Source: an uncultured delta proteobacterium
GTDB taxonomy: Bacteria; Myxococcota_A; UBA9160; UBA4427
DNA: 64,000 bases
Reading direction: 5' to 3'
NCBI GenBank assembly: GCA_963822965.1
Contig: CAWGJT010000005.1
Location: 32,001 to 96,000 of the forward strand
How positions within the stretch are numbered: the stretch's first letter is position 1; every line of letters starts with the position of its first letter. The position numbers and the translations under genes are program-made. A model generated the notes under the pieces. That model saw only the letters and a program-made list of their open reading frames with translations, made no database searches and was not told where the DNA came from. Below are positions 1 to 12,787 of the stretch, in pieces.

Positions 1-1882
1 TGGCGGCGACCGAGGTGGCATTCGCCACCATGGCCCCGTTGATGCGCTCCACGATGTGACGGCCGAGGCGCTCGACGAAGGCCCGCTTCTCCTCGCGCAG
101 GCGCTGGGCCTCCCCCGCCTCGCAGCGGTCGATCCAGCTGCTGGAGAAGCGCTGGCGGTCCTCGCCGAGCTCGCTCGCGAGGGAGATCGGAGCGTCGAAG
201 GTCACGTGCACGCTGCCGAAGCGCCGCTGCAGGTACCTCCCGGCCCGCACCAGCCCCCACATGCTCTCCTTCTTCTTCGCCGCGCCCTCGAGCTCGTCCA
301 CCATCGAGCTCTCCTCGACCAGGCGCTCGTAGCCGATCGAGACGGGCACGAAGAGGAAGTCGCGCCGGCTGCTGTCGATGAACGCCTCCACCTCCCAGCC
401 CAGCATCCCGAGGCGGGGCGCCAGGGACTTGCCCGTCCGGGAGCGCCCGCCCTCGATGAAGAACATCTGGGTGAAGCCCTCCCGCACCAGGTGCGCCAGG
501 TACGAGCGGAACACCTCGCGATAGAGGGGGTCGTCGAAGGAGGCGCGCATGAAGAAGGCGCCACAGTGACGGAAGAGGAAGCCGATGGGACCGAAGTTCA
601 TGTTCTCCCGCGCGCCGATGTGCGGGGGCAGCAGGAAGTTGCGGTACAGCAGGTCGGAGACGATCAGGAAATCGAAGTAGGAGCGGTGGTTCGGAACCAG
701 CACGATGGGGTGCTGCTTGGCGAGCTCCGCCATGCGATCGATTCCGGTCACCTCGATCGAGGAGAAGAGACGCCCGAAGACGGGGCGCAGGGCCGCGTCG
801 AAGAGCGCGAGCAGGGTCGAGTTCATCCGCGCGGCGATCTCGCGGAAGATCTTCTCGGCTTCGATGTGCGCCCGTTCGGGCGAGCTCTTGCGGCCGCGCG
901 GCGCGCTCCTCCAGCGCCCCCAGCACGCCGGGATCGGTCAGCACGTCGTCGCGCACGCGGGCGAGTGCGCGCAGGGTGGGCCCCTCGACGACCTTCTCCT
1001 CGCGATAGAGGTAGATGAGGATCGAGCGGCGCATCTTGCGCGCGATCAGCGCGGCGCCTTCGTCGCGGTGCTCCTCGATGAAGCGCGACAGGTCGATCGC
1101 CTCGCCGGTCTTGATGGCGAGGCTGCGATAGGTGGCGAGGAAGCTCGTCACCTTGGCCAGGTCCGAGGGCCGCGTGAGCGCACCGTAGTCGAGATTCAGG
1201 AAGCGGCTCTCGCTGCGCGGGCCCTTGCGCCAGAAGAGCGACAGGGGCACGACGTAGACCGGCGTTCCCGAATCCCACGCGGCACGGACCGCCACCTCGA
1301 GCAGGTCGAGCTCATCCTGGCGTCGATGCCGCCGGCCCCGCAGCCAGTTGCGAAAACGCTCGGTGCGCAGGAAGAGGAAGAACGACGCCCCGCCCCGGGC
1401 GAGCGCGCGTACGTGCTCGCGCGCCTCGTTGCGGTCGAGCGCGCGCGGCTGCGTGCGATTCCTCCGCACGGCGATGCGCAGCCACTCGAGCAGGGGGCGG
1501 TAGTAGTGGAAGTGGATGCCGTTCGCGAACGCCGAGAGCCGCAGTCCCGCGCGCTGCAGGACGGTGTTGAAGAGGAAGTAGTCGAGCCGGCTCGAGTAGC
1601 GCATCACGTAGATGACGCTGCCCCGCCGCTCGAGCTCACGCAGGCGGTCGATGGTGTCCGGGTCGAGATCGAAGTGGGCGAAGAAGCGGCGCTGGAAGGC
1701 CCGGAAGAACAGGTTGCAGCGCGGGGACATGGCCGACAGGGGATCGGCGCCCGCGGGCAGGCCCAGCCGCGCCAGCAGGCGGTCGGGCGGCGGCGCCGCC
1801 GCGCTCGCCGGCGCGACCGTCGACCGCCCTCGGCAGCCGCCGGGGCGGGGGTCTCCGAGGAATCGCGGGAAGAATCGGCCAT
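1..1882 (-). CDS. plsB: Glycerol-3-phosphate acyltransferase, PlsB-like (runs off the window start; frameshifted near 900 and 1800)
   Basis: Manual reverse translation gives PIVLVPNHRSYFDFL (HxSxxD motif, about 665-709) and QMFFIEGGRSRTGKSL (about 422-469), plus a PlsB-type N-terminal region VIYVMRYSSRLDYFLF. Start is ATG 1882 or ATG 1730. Confidence 0.85.
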
Positions 1883-1995
1883 CGCGGCCGAGAGTACCGA
1901 GCGGCGCGGGCTGGAGGCAACGCGCGCCGTCCGCGGCACGCGGGCGGCGACCCGCGCAGCCGGTGAGGGCCGCCGCCCGCGGGACTCGGGGCCGC

Positions 1996-2859
1996 TCACT
2001 CGGGCAGCAGGATCTCTCCGGACTTCATGTGCTGGGCGATCTCCTGCGGCGTCCAGAGCGCCGCCGGGTCCGGCTTGGTGATGCCCGTCGTCGTCACGAC
2101 CTTCATCTCGGCGATGCGACCACCGCCGCAGAAGAAGGTCTTGCCCGTCATGTCCTTCGCCAGGTCGCTCGCCAGGTAGGTCACCAGCGGGGAGACGGCG
2201 GCGGGATTCATGCGCTGCTTCATGTCCTCGTTGTCGAAGCCGCCGAGGTCCTCGGTCAGACGGGTCAGCGCCACCGGCGCCAGCACGAAGACCCGGATGC
2301 CGTACTTCTTGCCCTCGATGGCGAGACAGCGGCTGAAGCCCGCGATGCCGGCCTTGGCGGCCCCGTAGTTGCACTGCCCGAAGTTGCCGTTGAGACCCGA
2401 CGTCGAGGACGTGTTGATGATCACCCCGCCCGCCCCGCGCTCCTTCATGTGGTTGTAGACGGCGTGGGTGACGCAGTAGGTGCCCTTGAGGTGCACCGCG
2501 ATGACGGGATCCCACAGGTCCTCGGTGGTGTTCGCGAACGACTTGTCGCGCAGGATGCCCGCATTGTTCACCAGCACGTCGACCTGCTCGAAGGCGTCGA
2601 TCGCGGTCTTGAGGATGCCCTGGCCGCCCTCGACGGTGGCGACGTTGTCGTAGTTGGCCACGGCTTCACCGCCCGCCTTCTTGATGAGCTCGACCGTCTC
2701 GTCGGCCATCGCGGAGCTGCCGCCGGTCCCGTCCCGCTTGCCGCCGAGATCGTTGACGACGACGGCCGCGCCTTCCTTGGCCATGGCGAGCGCGTGCTCG
2801 CGTCCGATGCCTCCGCCCGCTCCGGTGATGACGACGACTTTGCCTTCCAGCAGGCCCAT
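1996..2859 (-). CDS. SDR oxidoreductase (MFE-2/3-hydroxyacyl-CoA dehydrogenase-like)
   Basis: TGAGGGIG, VVNDLGG, NNAGILRD and YGAAK motifs; start MGLLEGK at 2859. Confidence 0.92.
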   Translation of the reverse strand: MGLLEGKVVVITGAGGGIGREHALAMAKEGAAVVVNDLGGKRDGTGGSSAMADETVELIKKAGGEAVANYDNVATVEGGQGILKTAIDAFEQVDVLVNNAGILRDKSFANTTEDLWDPVIAVHLKGTYCVTHAVYNHMKERGAGGVIINTSSTSGLNGNFGQCNYGAAKAGIAGFSRCLAIEGKKYGIRVFVLAPVALTRLTEDLGGFDNEDMKQRMNPAAVSPLVTYLASDLAKDMTGKTFFCGGGRIAEMKVVTTTGITKPDPAALWTPQEIAQHMKSGEILLPE

Positions 2860-3024
2860 GGGGGTACTCCTGTGCTTCGAGAATCCTCGAGGTGGGGGTT
2901 GATTCGCTCCTGAAAAAAGGAGCGTGAACGTAGCCGACACGCCAGGGGGGCTCCAACCGGCCGGCCGGGGCAGGGAGCGGCCGGGAGCGTCGACCGGGCG
3001 AGCCGGCCTCCACGAGCGGCGGCG

Positions 3025-3873
3025 CTACAGGAAGAGGATCGTGCGCAGGCGGGCGAAGGGCTCGAAGCCCAGCCGCTCGTACAGGCGCTCGGCGGCGGCG
3101 TTGCCGCTCACCACGGCGAGCTGGACGTGCCCGGCGCCCGACGCGAAGGCTTCCTGGACGATGGCCGACATCCCCGCCGTGGCGAGACCGCGCCGCCGCG
3201 CGTTCGGGAAGGTGTAGACCCCCTGGACGAGCCATCCCTCGGCCCGGCGGACGTCCGCGTAGCCGACGAAGAGCACCTCCCCGTCGACCTCCACCACCCG
3301 GGCCCGGGGCAGGCGGCCGCGCACCCAGCGACGGAATCCGGGGGGATCGCCGTCGAAGGGATCGGGGCGACCCTCCTCGCGCAGACTCGCGCGAGCCGCC
3401 TGCACGAGCGCCTCGAGGTCGCCTTCCGCCGCGCAGCGGACCTTCACCCCGAAGCCGGGCTCGACGGGCACGACCCGCTCGGGCAGCACCACGTAGGCGG
3501 TCTCGTCGCGGTCCAGCAGGAAGCCGCGCCCGCGCCGAGAGAGACGCTCCCACAAACGCGAGGCCGCGTCCCAGCCGCTCTTCATGAGACCGCTCGAGAA
3601 GGTCTCGAGGAAGGGCATCCAGGCTTCGAGCATCTCGTCGTCGACACCGGCGTCGAGGACCAGGCTGGGGCGAAGGGACGCGACCCCCACGAGCGCACCG
3701 CCGCGAAAGGCGCCGACCATCTGCGCCGGCGCCTCGGAGGTCGAGGCCAGTCGCCCGAGGCGCGAGGCCAGGTCGAGCAGCTGCAGGTTGTGGAGGGCGT
3801 CCCGTTCGAGCAGCGCGATCGCTTCGTCCCGATCGCGATCCGAGAGCAGCCTCGCCTTCAAGCGGTTGCGCAC
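3025..3873 (-). CDS. GNAT-family N-acetyltransferase
   Basis: C-terminal GVYTFPNARRRGLA (acetyl-CoA motif A) and NAAAERLYERLGF; GTG start inferred. Confidence 0.8.
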   Translation of the reverse strand: MRNRLKARLLSDRDRDEAIALLERDALHNLQLLDLASRLGRLASTSEAPAQMVGAFRGGALVGVASLRPSLVLDAGVDDEMLEAWMPFLETFSSGLMKSGWDAASRLWERLSRRGRGFLLDRDETAYVVLPERVVPVEPGFGVKVRCAAEGDLEALVQAARASLREEGRPDPFDGDPPGFRRWVRGRLPRARVVEVDGEVLFVGYADVRRAEGWLVQGVYTFPNARRRGLATAGMSAIVQEAFASGAGHVQLAVVSGNAAAERLYERLGFEPFARLRTILFL

Positions 3874-3938
3874 GCCGCGCGTTCCTTCCGTCGCGGTCCG
3901 TCCGTCGGTCGCGGATCTGGCAGGGGCCGGAGCCCCCG

Positions 3939-4154
3939 CTAGTCGAGGACGACCAGGACGTCCCCCTCTTCGACACTCTGGCCTTCCGCCGTCCGGATCT
4001 CGGAGATGCGTCCGGCACAGGGCGCTTCGACGGGGATCTCCATCTTCATCGACTCGATGATCAGGATCACGTCCTCCTCCTCCACCGCATCGCCGATCGC
4101 CTTCTCGATCTTCCACACGTTGCCGGTGATCTGCGCTTCGATCTCGATCGCCAA
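3939..4154 (-). CDS. Stand-alone biotin/lipoyl attachment domain protein
   Basis: 71 aa with ESMKM biotinylation motif and GQSVEEGDVL. Confidence 0.9.
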   Translation of the reverse strand: MAIEIEAQITGNVWKIEKAIGDAVEEEDVILIIESMKMEIPVEAPCAGRISEIRTAEGQSVEEGDVLVVLD

Positions 4155-4408
4155 AGGGGCTCCCCTCTTCGGTGCTCTGTCGAGCCGTGGTCGTTGCGGT
4201 GGCTCCGGGTCCCGGCCCGGTTCTCTTTCGAGTCGTCGGCGATCGCGAGGACGCAGCCCGGGCTCGTCCGCGACCTGCCGCGGGACTCCGGATTGTGCTC
4301 GATCCCCGCGCCCGCCGCGACCCGATTCCGCCGGCGCCGCACGTGCTGGAGAGGGTCTCCGGCCGCCTGCTAGACTGCGCGGCCCGAGACATCGTGCGGA
4401 GAGGTTCG

Positions 4409-5943
4409 TTGCTCGAGACCGTCACCCAGGGCTTCCAGGCCGCCACCGAGAGGCTGCGCGGCGTCAAGGAGCTCAACGAAGAGAACATCGACGAGGCCCT
4501 GCGCGACGTCCGCTCGTCGCTGCTCGAGGCGGACGTCGACTTCGAGGTCGTTCGCGACTTCCTGGCCCGGGTCAAGGAGCGCGCCCTCGGCGCGCAAGGT
4601 CGAGACCCGCGCACGCGACGCCTCCGGGCGCAGGCTGCGGGTCTCCCCCGGCCAGCAGTTCGTCAAGATCTGCCAGAAGGAGCTGGTCTCCCTGATGGGG
4701 CCGGTCGACCCGTCGCTCGCCAAGGCGCGGGGGGCCACTTCGGTGATGCTCGCTGGGGCTCCAGGGCGTCGGCAAGACGACCGTGGCCGCGAAGCTCGCG
4801 CGCCACCTGCAGAAGCGGGGCATCCGCCCGCTGCTCGTCGCGGCGGACGTCTACCGGCCGGCGGCCATCGAGCAGCTCGAGACCCTGGGCGCGGAGCATC
4901 GACGTGCCGGTGCACCGCGGCGCCGCCGGGCCAGCCGCCCCCGGAGATCTGCCGGGCGGCCGCCGAGCGCGCCCGGAACGAGCGCCTGAACGGCATCATC
5001 TACGACACGGCCGGTCGCCTGGCGGTGGACGACGAGCTGATGACCGAGCTCGAGGAGATCGCCGCCATCGTCGAGCCCGCCAACACGTTGCTCGTCTGCG
5101 ACGCGCTGATGGGCCGCGACGCGGTGAACGTGGCGCGGGCCTTCAAGCGAGCGGATCGACCTCGACGGCATCGTCATGACGAAGCTCGACGGCGACGCCC
5201 GCGGCGGCGCCGCCCTGGCCGTCAAGGCCGCAACGGGGGTCCCGATCAAGTTCCTCGGGCACGGGCGAGACGGTCGACAAGCTCGAGGAGTTCCGGCCCG
5301 AGGGCCTCGCGTCCCGCATCCTGGGCATGGGCGACATCGTCGGCCTGGTGCAGGACTTCGAGGAGGTGGTCGACGAGAAGCAGGCCGAGGCCGACGCCGA
5401 GCGTCTCCTCAAGGGCCAGTTCACCCTCGAGGACCTCGTCACCCAGCTCAAGACGATCCAGAAGATGGGCTCGCTCAAGGACATCTTCGGCAAGCTGCCC
5501 GGAATGGGCGGCCATGGCCGAGCAGGTGGACGAACGGGAGATCGTGAAGGTCCAGTCGCTGATCCACTCGATGACGCCCGCAGGAGCGGCGGCAGCCCCG
5601 GCTGATCGACAAGAGCCGCGCGCGGCGCATCGCGCGCGGCTCCGGCCGCGAGCAGAAAGAGGTGCACCAGCTCGTCGAGCGATTCGACCAGATGAAGACC
5701 CTGATGTCGGCCCTCGGCGGCGGCGGAGGCAAGGGCCTCCTCGGCGGGCGCATGCCCGCGCTTCCGGGGATGGGCGGCCCCGGACTCGCCGGAGCGCCGG
5801 GCGGGATCGACCCGATGGCGATGTTCGCAGGCGGTGAGGGTGCCGGGCGGGCGAAGGGACGCACCCGGGCGCGCAACGCCGACAGCCACAAGAAGAACAA
5901 GCGGAAGCAGGCCCGGAAGTCCCGCCGCAAGGGACGCCGCTGA
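4409..5943 (+). CDS. ffh: Signal recognition particle protein Ffh (several frameshifts)
   Basis: [20 protein letters not shown] (across frames), [39 protein letters not shown] and an M-domain; basic C-terminal tail. Confidence 0.95.
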
Positions 5944-6053
5944 TCGCCCGGGGCGACGTGATCGGGAGGGTCGTCCTGCGTCTCCCCGCCGGGAAGGGAA
6001 ACCGGGGTTCCGCTCTCAGATTCTGGCGGGAAGTTGCCGATCCAGGAGCCTGC

Positions 6054-8382
6054 ATGAAGCCTCTCCCGCTGCTCTCCCTCTGCGTACTGGTGCTGGTCGG
6101 ATCGCTCGCGGGCTCGAATGCCGTTCGAGCCCAGACCGGTGGCTCCGAGCTGTTCCCGCGCCCGGCCGAGCTCGAGCCGGACATCGCGTTCTGGCGGCGG
6201 GTCTACACCGAGGTGGAGGGCGACGGCGGCCTGATCCACGACAGCCGGCATCTCGCCGTCGTGTACGAGGTGGTGCACTTTCCGGAGGGTGCGAGCAACC
6301 GCACCCGCGAGCGCCTGGTCGAGAAGCGGAAGAGGCACTACGCGTCCGTCCTGCGAGCCCTGTCCCGGGGCAAGCGCAGCGGGCTGGACCGCGACGAGAC
6401 GCAGGTACTGGCGCTCTGGGGCGAGGACGCGAGCGACTCCCAGCTGCGCAAGGCGGCTTCGCGACTGCGCTTCCAGCTCGGCCAGGCCGACAAGTTCCGG
6501 GCCGGGCTGGTGCGCTCGGGCGCCTGGCGGGACCACATCCGTCGCACGTTCCGCGAGATGGGCCTGCCCGAGGAGCTGGCCGCCCTGCCCCACGTCGAGT
6601 CGTCCTTCACGCCGCACGCCTGGTCCCGGGTCGGGGCCGCCGGCCTGTGGCAGTTCACGCGCTCGACGGGACGCCGCTACATGCGCGTCGACCACGTCGT
6701 CGACGAGCGCCTCGACCCCATCAAGGCGACCGATCGCGGCCGCACGGCTACTCGAGCACAACCACCGGGCCACGGGAACCTGGCCGCTGGCCCTGACGGC
6801 CTACAACCACGGTGCCGCGGGCATGCGACGGGCCTCCCGCAAGATGGGCACGACCGACATCGCGGTCATCAACCGCAGGTACAAGAGCCGCACGTTCGGC
6901 TTCGCCTCGCGCAACTTCTACGTCGAGTTCCTGGCCGCGCTGGAGATCGATCGGGATCCCGAGCGGTTCTTCGGGCCGCTGGCGGTCGACTCGCCGCCCT
7001 CGCTCGAGGCCATCGAGCTGCCGTACTTCGCCTCGGCCTCCGGCCTGGCCCGCGCGCTGGACATCGACGTGGCGACCCTCCGCCGCCACAACCCCGCCCT
7101 GCGCGATTCCGTGTGGAGCGGTGCGAAGCGCGTGCCCAAGGGCTTCGAGCTGCGGGTGCCCCGCGGCCGCCTCGAGAAGCCCCTCGAGACGCTCATCACC
7201 GAGGTCCCCGACGCGGCGCGCTTCGCGTCCCAGACACGCGACACCTACCACACCATCCAGCGCGGAGAGACGCTCTCGGGAATCGCTGCGCGTTACGAGG
7301 TGAGCCTGTCCGAGCTGGCGGCGCTCAACGGGCTGCGCAGCCGGCACCGCATCCGCGCGGGCCAGCGCCTGCGGCTTCCCGAGGACGCGACGGGCCGGCC
7401 GGCGCCTCGCGCCGCACGCATCGCCCAGGCGCCTCCGGAAGCGTCGACCGAGGGCACCTACCAGGTGCGGCAGGGCGACACCCTGGAGCGGATCGCCCGG
7501 GTCTTCGGGGTGAGCGAACGCGACCTGCTGGGCTGGAACCAGATCCGCAACCCGAACCGCATCGCAGTCGGCCAGACGCTGCGCGTCCAGGACGTTCCCG
7601 ACGACGGCGAGCCGGCGATCGTCGCCTCCGAACCGGTGGTCGTCGCCTCGGTGCAGCCGGACCATCCGGACCTGGTGGCCGCCTTCACACCGCCCCCCGG
7701 CGCCCGCGCCGAGTTCGGCGCCGACTCCGGTGCCGACGAGGCCGACGAGCCCGGGATCGACGCCGGGGACGACGACCTGGCCGCCGAAGACGCCGGGCCG
7801 CTGGCGGACGACGCCCTGACCGACGCAGCCGACGAGTCCGACGAAGGGGGTGACGCGGCGGAAGGCGAGAGCGACGCGACGATCGGCGCCAGCGTGGCGG
7901 ACGCCGCCGCGGCGGAGCTCGCTCAGGGCAGCCCGGCGGCCGAGATGCTGCTCGCCGATCCGGGCGACTACTCGGTCGCCTCGGACGGCACCATCGAGAT
8001 CCAGGCCGCCGAGACCCTCGGACACTATGCGGAGTGGCTCGACGTCCGTGCGAGCCGGCTGCGCGCCATCAACCACATGCGGTACGGCACGCCCCTGGCG
8101 ATCGGCGCCCGCCTCAAGCTCGACCTGAGCCGGGTGTCGCCGCAGCTCTTCGAGCAGCGCCGGGCGGATCACCACCGGACGCTGCAGGGCGAGTTCTTCG
8201 ATCGCTACGAGATCGAGGGCACCGCCACCCACGTGGTGCGACGCGGCGACTCCATCTGGCAGCTCGCCGAGCGCCGCTACGACGTCCCGCTCTGGCTCGT
8301 GCGCCAGTACAACCCCGACGTCGACTTCGCCGACCTGCACACCGGCGAGCACCTCACCATCCCGGTGCTGCACGAGAAGTAG
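6054..8382 (+). CDS. MltD-like lytic transglycosylase with LysM repeats (frameshift near 6730)
   Basis: Signal peptide MKPLPLLSLCVLVLV; SLT motifs LPHVESSF, GAAGLWQF, TAYNHG; LysM repeats (HTIQRGETLSGIA, YQVRQGDTLERIA, HVVRRGDSIWQLA); acidic linker. Confidence 0.9.
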
Positions 8383-8418
8383 AGCGCGGGCCGGCGCCCG
8401 GTCCCGGGCGCCCCGGGG

Positions 8419-9097
8419 TCAGACCTGGAAGATGGTCTCGTCCGGCAGCCGGATGGCCGTCAGCGGGCCCCCGTAGACGGCACCGGTGTCGATTCCGATG
8501 CTGAACGGCGGATTCCAGCGCACCCGGAAGTCCTCGGCCGGCGTGTGCCCGTAGACGACCGTGGCGTTGAAGCTGTGGGGCAGGTCGCAGGTGGTGCGGT
8601 TCCAAAGCAGGTCCTCGGGCTTGCTCCGGCGGAGCGCGTAGGCGACGTCGCTCTCCTTCAGCTCCGAGCGCGCGAATCCCGCGTGCACGAAGATGTAGTC
8701 GCCCTCCACGTGATGGAGCTTCAGCCCGAGCAGGAAGTCCTCGTGCTCCTTCGGGAAGCGGAAGGTCTGGCGGTCGGGGTCGGACGGATCGAAGTAGCCG
8801 TAGCTCGCCAGGGTGCGATCGCCGCCGTTCATCAGGAAGGCGTCGCCGCCGAAGTAGGCGTCGTCGGTCCAGCCCAGGAAGTCGAGCAGCATCGACTCGT
8901 GGTTGCCGAGCAGGAAGATGCAGGGCCACTCGCGCTGCAGCCGGATCAGCCGTTCGACCACCGCAGTAGGCGTCGGGTCCCCGATCGATGTAGTCGCCCA
9001 GGAAGACCAGCCGGTCTCCGGGCTCGAGAGGCAGCGTCGCGAGCAGCTCTTCCAGCTTCTCGTGCTCCCCGTGGATGTCTCCCACCGCGTACAGCAT
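8419..9097 (-). CDS. Metallophosphoesterase, PPP/ApaH-like Ser/Thr phosphatase family (frameshift near 8970)
   Basis: GDIHG, LGDYIDRGP, LGNHE, FVHAG, GHTP and IDTGAVYGGPLT motifs. Confidence 0.92.
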
Positions 9098-9250
9098 GCG
9101 CCGGACACTCCCTCGCCTCCTCGTGTCTTCGGCCGATGGGTCGTGGCCCTTGACCCCCGGGGCCCGGAAATCGGCGGCAGACGCCGCCGCGGGTCGAAGA
9201 CTCCGATTGGATCCGCCTGCGGCGCAGGCCGACCTTCTCGCGCGGGCATG

Positions 9251-10367
9251 CTAGTCGCTGGGCGGGCGGGCTTCGCGGGCCGCCAGCTGGCCGCAGGCGG
9301 CGTCGATGTCGGCGCCGCGGTTGCGCCGCAGCGTGACCCGAAGCCCGCCTTCGTGGAGCGCCGCCGTGAAGCGATCCACCACCTCGGGCGCCGGCGGCCG
9401 ATAGGGCGCGTCGGGGTGCGGGTTCATCGGGAATCACGTTCAGCTTCGACGGGATGCCCCTGCAGCAGCCGGGGCAGCAGCCGGGCGTCCTCGACGCGAG
9501 TCGTTCACGCCCTCCATCAGGGTGTACTCGAAGAAGACCGGCCGGCGCGGCGACACGAGCTCCTCGTTCCGCGAAGGCTGTCGAGCAGCACCGCCGAGCG
9601 GAAAGCGCCGGTTGAGGGGCACGAGCACGTCGCGCACCTCGTCGCGCACGGCGTGCAGCGACACCGCCAGGTTGATCGGGCCCGACCTCGAGCAGCGGGC
9701 GGATCTTCGGCACCAGGCCCGGCCGTCGAGACCGTGACCCGCCGCGGCGCCATCGCGAACGCCTTGGGATCCACCAGGATGCGGATCGCCTCGAGCACCG
9801 CCGGCAGGTTCAGCAGCGGCTCCCCCATGCCCATGAAGACGATGTTGCTGATGCGCTCCTCGGCCGCGGTCCCGGCGAGCTCGTCCCGGGCGCGGCACAC
9901 CTGGTCGACGATCTCGGCGGTGCGTGAGGTTGCGCGTGAACCCGAGCGCGCCGGTCGCGCAGAAGGAGCACGCCAGCGGACATCCGACCTGGGTGGAGAT
10001 GCACAAGCGTGTTGCGCCGCTCCTCCGGGATCAGCACCGCCTCGACCACGCGCGCCGTCCCGGGCGCGCAGCACCAGCTTGCGGGTCCCGTCCGCGGAGC
10101 GCTGGACGCGCTCGACCTCGAGGGCTCGGGTGTCGAACTCGTCGGCCGAGGCGATGGCGCAGATCCCAGATCGAGGTTGGTCATCTCCAGCGGATCCTCG
10201 ACGCCGCGCTGGTAGAGCCAGCCCGCGACCTGGTCGGCGCGATAGCGCGGGAACGCCCAGGGCCGCGAAGCGCTCGCGCAGGCTCGCGAGCGAGAAGTCC
10301 TTCAGGTTCGGCGCGACGGGTCGGCGGACCGCGGCGGCGCAGCGGTCTGCGGCTCGGGCGCGCTCAT
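9251..10367 (-). CDS. rlmN: Dual-specificity rRNA/tRNA methyltransferase RlmN (many frameshifts)
   Basis: [18 protein letters not shown] radical-SAM motif, [23 protein letters not shown] and C-terminal [12 protein letters not shown]. Confidence 0.93.
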
Positions 10368-11025
10368 CGCCGGGCTCCGTCGGAACGCCGGCGATACTCG
10401 AAGAAGTGGAGGGCTCGCCCCTCGGCGCGCCAGGTCTCCTCGTAGCCCGTGCAGATGCGACCCTCCACCTCGCCCCGCCAGCGCTCCGGCGCGAAGTCGT
10501 TCTCGAGCCGCGGCTCGTCCTCGAGCAGCGCGCCGATCTGCTCCGCGTACGGACCGTCGTCGGTGGCGACGTGCAGCGCGCCGCCCGGCGCGAGCGCGCC
10601 GGGCGATCGAGGCCACGAAGGGCGCCTGGAAGAGCCGCCGGCCCGCGTGGCGATCCTTCGGCCACGGATCCGAGAAGTTGATCCAGAACGCGTCGACGCT
10701 CCCGGGCGCGACAGACCTGCTCGACCAGGAGCTGCCCTCGACCCTCCACCAGGCGCACGTTGCGAAGCCCCGAACGGGCCAGCCGGCGGGCCATCTTCAG
10801 CACGCGCTTGAACGAGACCTCGACCCCGACGAACGCGGTGTCCGGGTGCTTGGCGGCCAGGTCGAGCAGGAACTCGCCCGCGCCCGAAGCCGATCTCCAC
10901 CACCAGGCGCAGGGGCGCGGCGAGGTCGGGCGCGAAGACCGCCTCGAAGCCGCGGGTCCAGCGACCTCGTCCAGGCCCCGGCGCCAGTCGTCTCCGGGAA
11001 TGTCGTACTTCAGCGCGCGACCCAT
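10364..11025 (-). CDS. trmB: tRNA (guanine-N7)-methyltransferase TrmB (frameshifted)
   Basis: [24 protein letters not shown] and LHVATDD motifs across frames. Confidence 0.85.
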
Positions 11026-11115
11026 TGCGCGACCTCTCCGTCTCGGCTCCGCCGCAGACAGTGGGCGGCTCCGGATGCCTGCCGGAGCGTCCCGGACGGT
11101 GCGGGACCTTGCGGC

Positions 11116-12787
11116 TCAGGGAAGGCGCCGCACGCCGGCCTCGGCGCCCCCGAGCAGGGTCCGCAGGTCCGGGAGACGGGGCCGCCGCGGCAGGACGTCC
11201 ACTTGATAGCGCTCCCCCTCGCGGATGCCCGCGCGGGAGGCCGCCTCGCGCAGCGCCTCGAGCGGGCCGCCGAGACGGTCCACGAGGCCGAGGTCCACGG
11301 CCCGCCGGCCGCTGAAGATGCGGCCCTCCGCCATCCGGCGCACGTCGTCCGGGTCCAGCTTGCGGCCCGCCGCCACGCGCCGCACGAAGACCTCGTAGAC
11401 GGCTTCCATGCCGCTGCGCACCGCCTGCCGCTCGTCGGGCGTGAAGCCGCGCGTCTCGCTGAAGACGCCCGGCCCGGGCGCTGCTCTCGAGCGCCTCGCG
11501 GCCCACGCCGAGGCGGCGGTAGAGCGCCTCGAGGTTGACCTTCCCGCCCACCACGCCGATCGAGCCCGTGACGCTGCCGGCCTCGGCCAGGATGGCGTCC
11601 GCCGCGGCGGCCAGGTAGTAGGCCGCCGGACGCGGCCACGTCGCCCATCGGAGACCACCACCGGCTTCTCGCGGCGGGTGAGCTCGATCTCCCGGTACAG
11701 CAGGTCGGACGCCACCGCGTCGCCGCCGCCCGAGTCCATCCGCAGCACGCGGCGCGCACGCGCGGCGTCCTCCCGGACGCCCTCGAGCAGGGACCCGAGC
11801 GCCTGGCTGCCGATGCCGCGCCGGGTCGGGCCGCGATGGATGCCGCCCGAGGCGACCAGGTAGGCGACCCGCGGCAGCTCCCGCAGCCAGGGATGCCAGC
11901 CCGGATCCTCGACCACCGCGCGCAGGTAGCGTCCAGACGTCCGACGAAGCCCACCTCGCGCTCGCGGGCACGGCGTCGCCCGGCGCTCTCCCCCGTCGGC
12001 CACCCGGGAGAGCGGTCGCAGCGCCTCCTCGAGCTCGTCCCGGTACAGGAAGCCATCGATCAGCCCGGCTTCCCGCGCCGCCGGGCGCCCAGTAGGGGCC
12101 GCCGATCGATGCGATCGCGAACCGCCTCGGGCGACAGGCCGCGGCCGCGCGCGACGGCGTCCACCAGCTCGGCGAAGAGGTCGCCCTGCCAGGACTCCAC
12201 CTGCTCGCGCTGCTCGGGCGACATGGAGCGCCGCGTCGCCAGCTCGCCGGCGCCCTTGTAGCGGCCGATGTGCACCACCTCGGGCGCCACCTCGAGCTTG
12301 TCGAGCAGGTCCTTCACGAAGACCTGCTCGCTGCGCAGACCCACCAGCGGCACGCCGCCGCTCTCGGGGATCCAGACCCGATCGGCGCCAGTCGCGATCC
12401 AGAGCTGCGCGGCGTCCAGGCTCTCGCCCCAGGCGACGACCGGCAGGCCCGCCTCCCGCACGCCGTCGACCCGCGCCGCAGGGCCGCCGCCTGGGCTGAA
12501 CCGATGGGGCCCGCTGCCGCGGAAACGCAGCAGCACGCCCGGCCAGGCGCGGATCGCGCGGCGGCGCGCTCGAGCGCGCGGAGCAGGTCCAGGTGGGAGA
12601 GCCAGGCCTCCCGCGGCCCTCCGAAGACGGGGCCGCCCCGCTCGTCGAGGTCGAGCCCGAGCGGAATCACGAGCCACAGGCTGTGAGCCCGCGCCGCACG
12701 GTCGAGACCGCCCCAGACCGTGCGCACGACCCGCGCGCCGTTTCGCGTCAGGCGCGCGACGAACCGCCACACCGGGACGACCGCCAA
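11116..12787 (-). CDS. sppA: Signal peptide peptidase SppA (protease IV, two S49 domains; frameshifted)
   Basis: HIGRYKGAGE, DSGGGDAVASD, MGDVAASG.YYLA, TGSIGV and GLVDRLGG. Confidence 0.88.

Noticed and set aside
4155..4408. SRP RNA (ffs) upstream of ffh
   Set aside because: The conserved domain IV motif (CAGG..GGAA..AGCAG) is not present.
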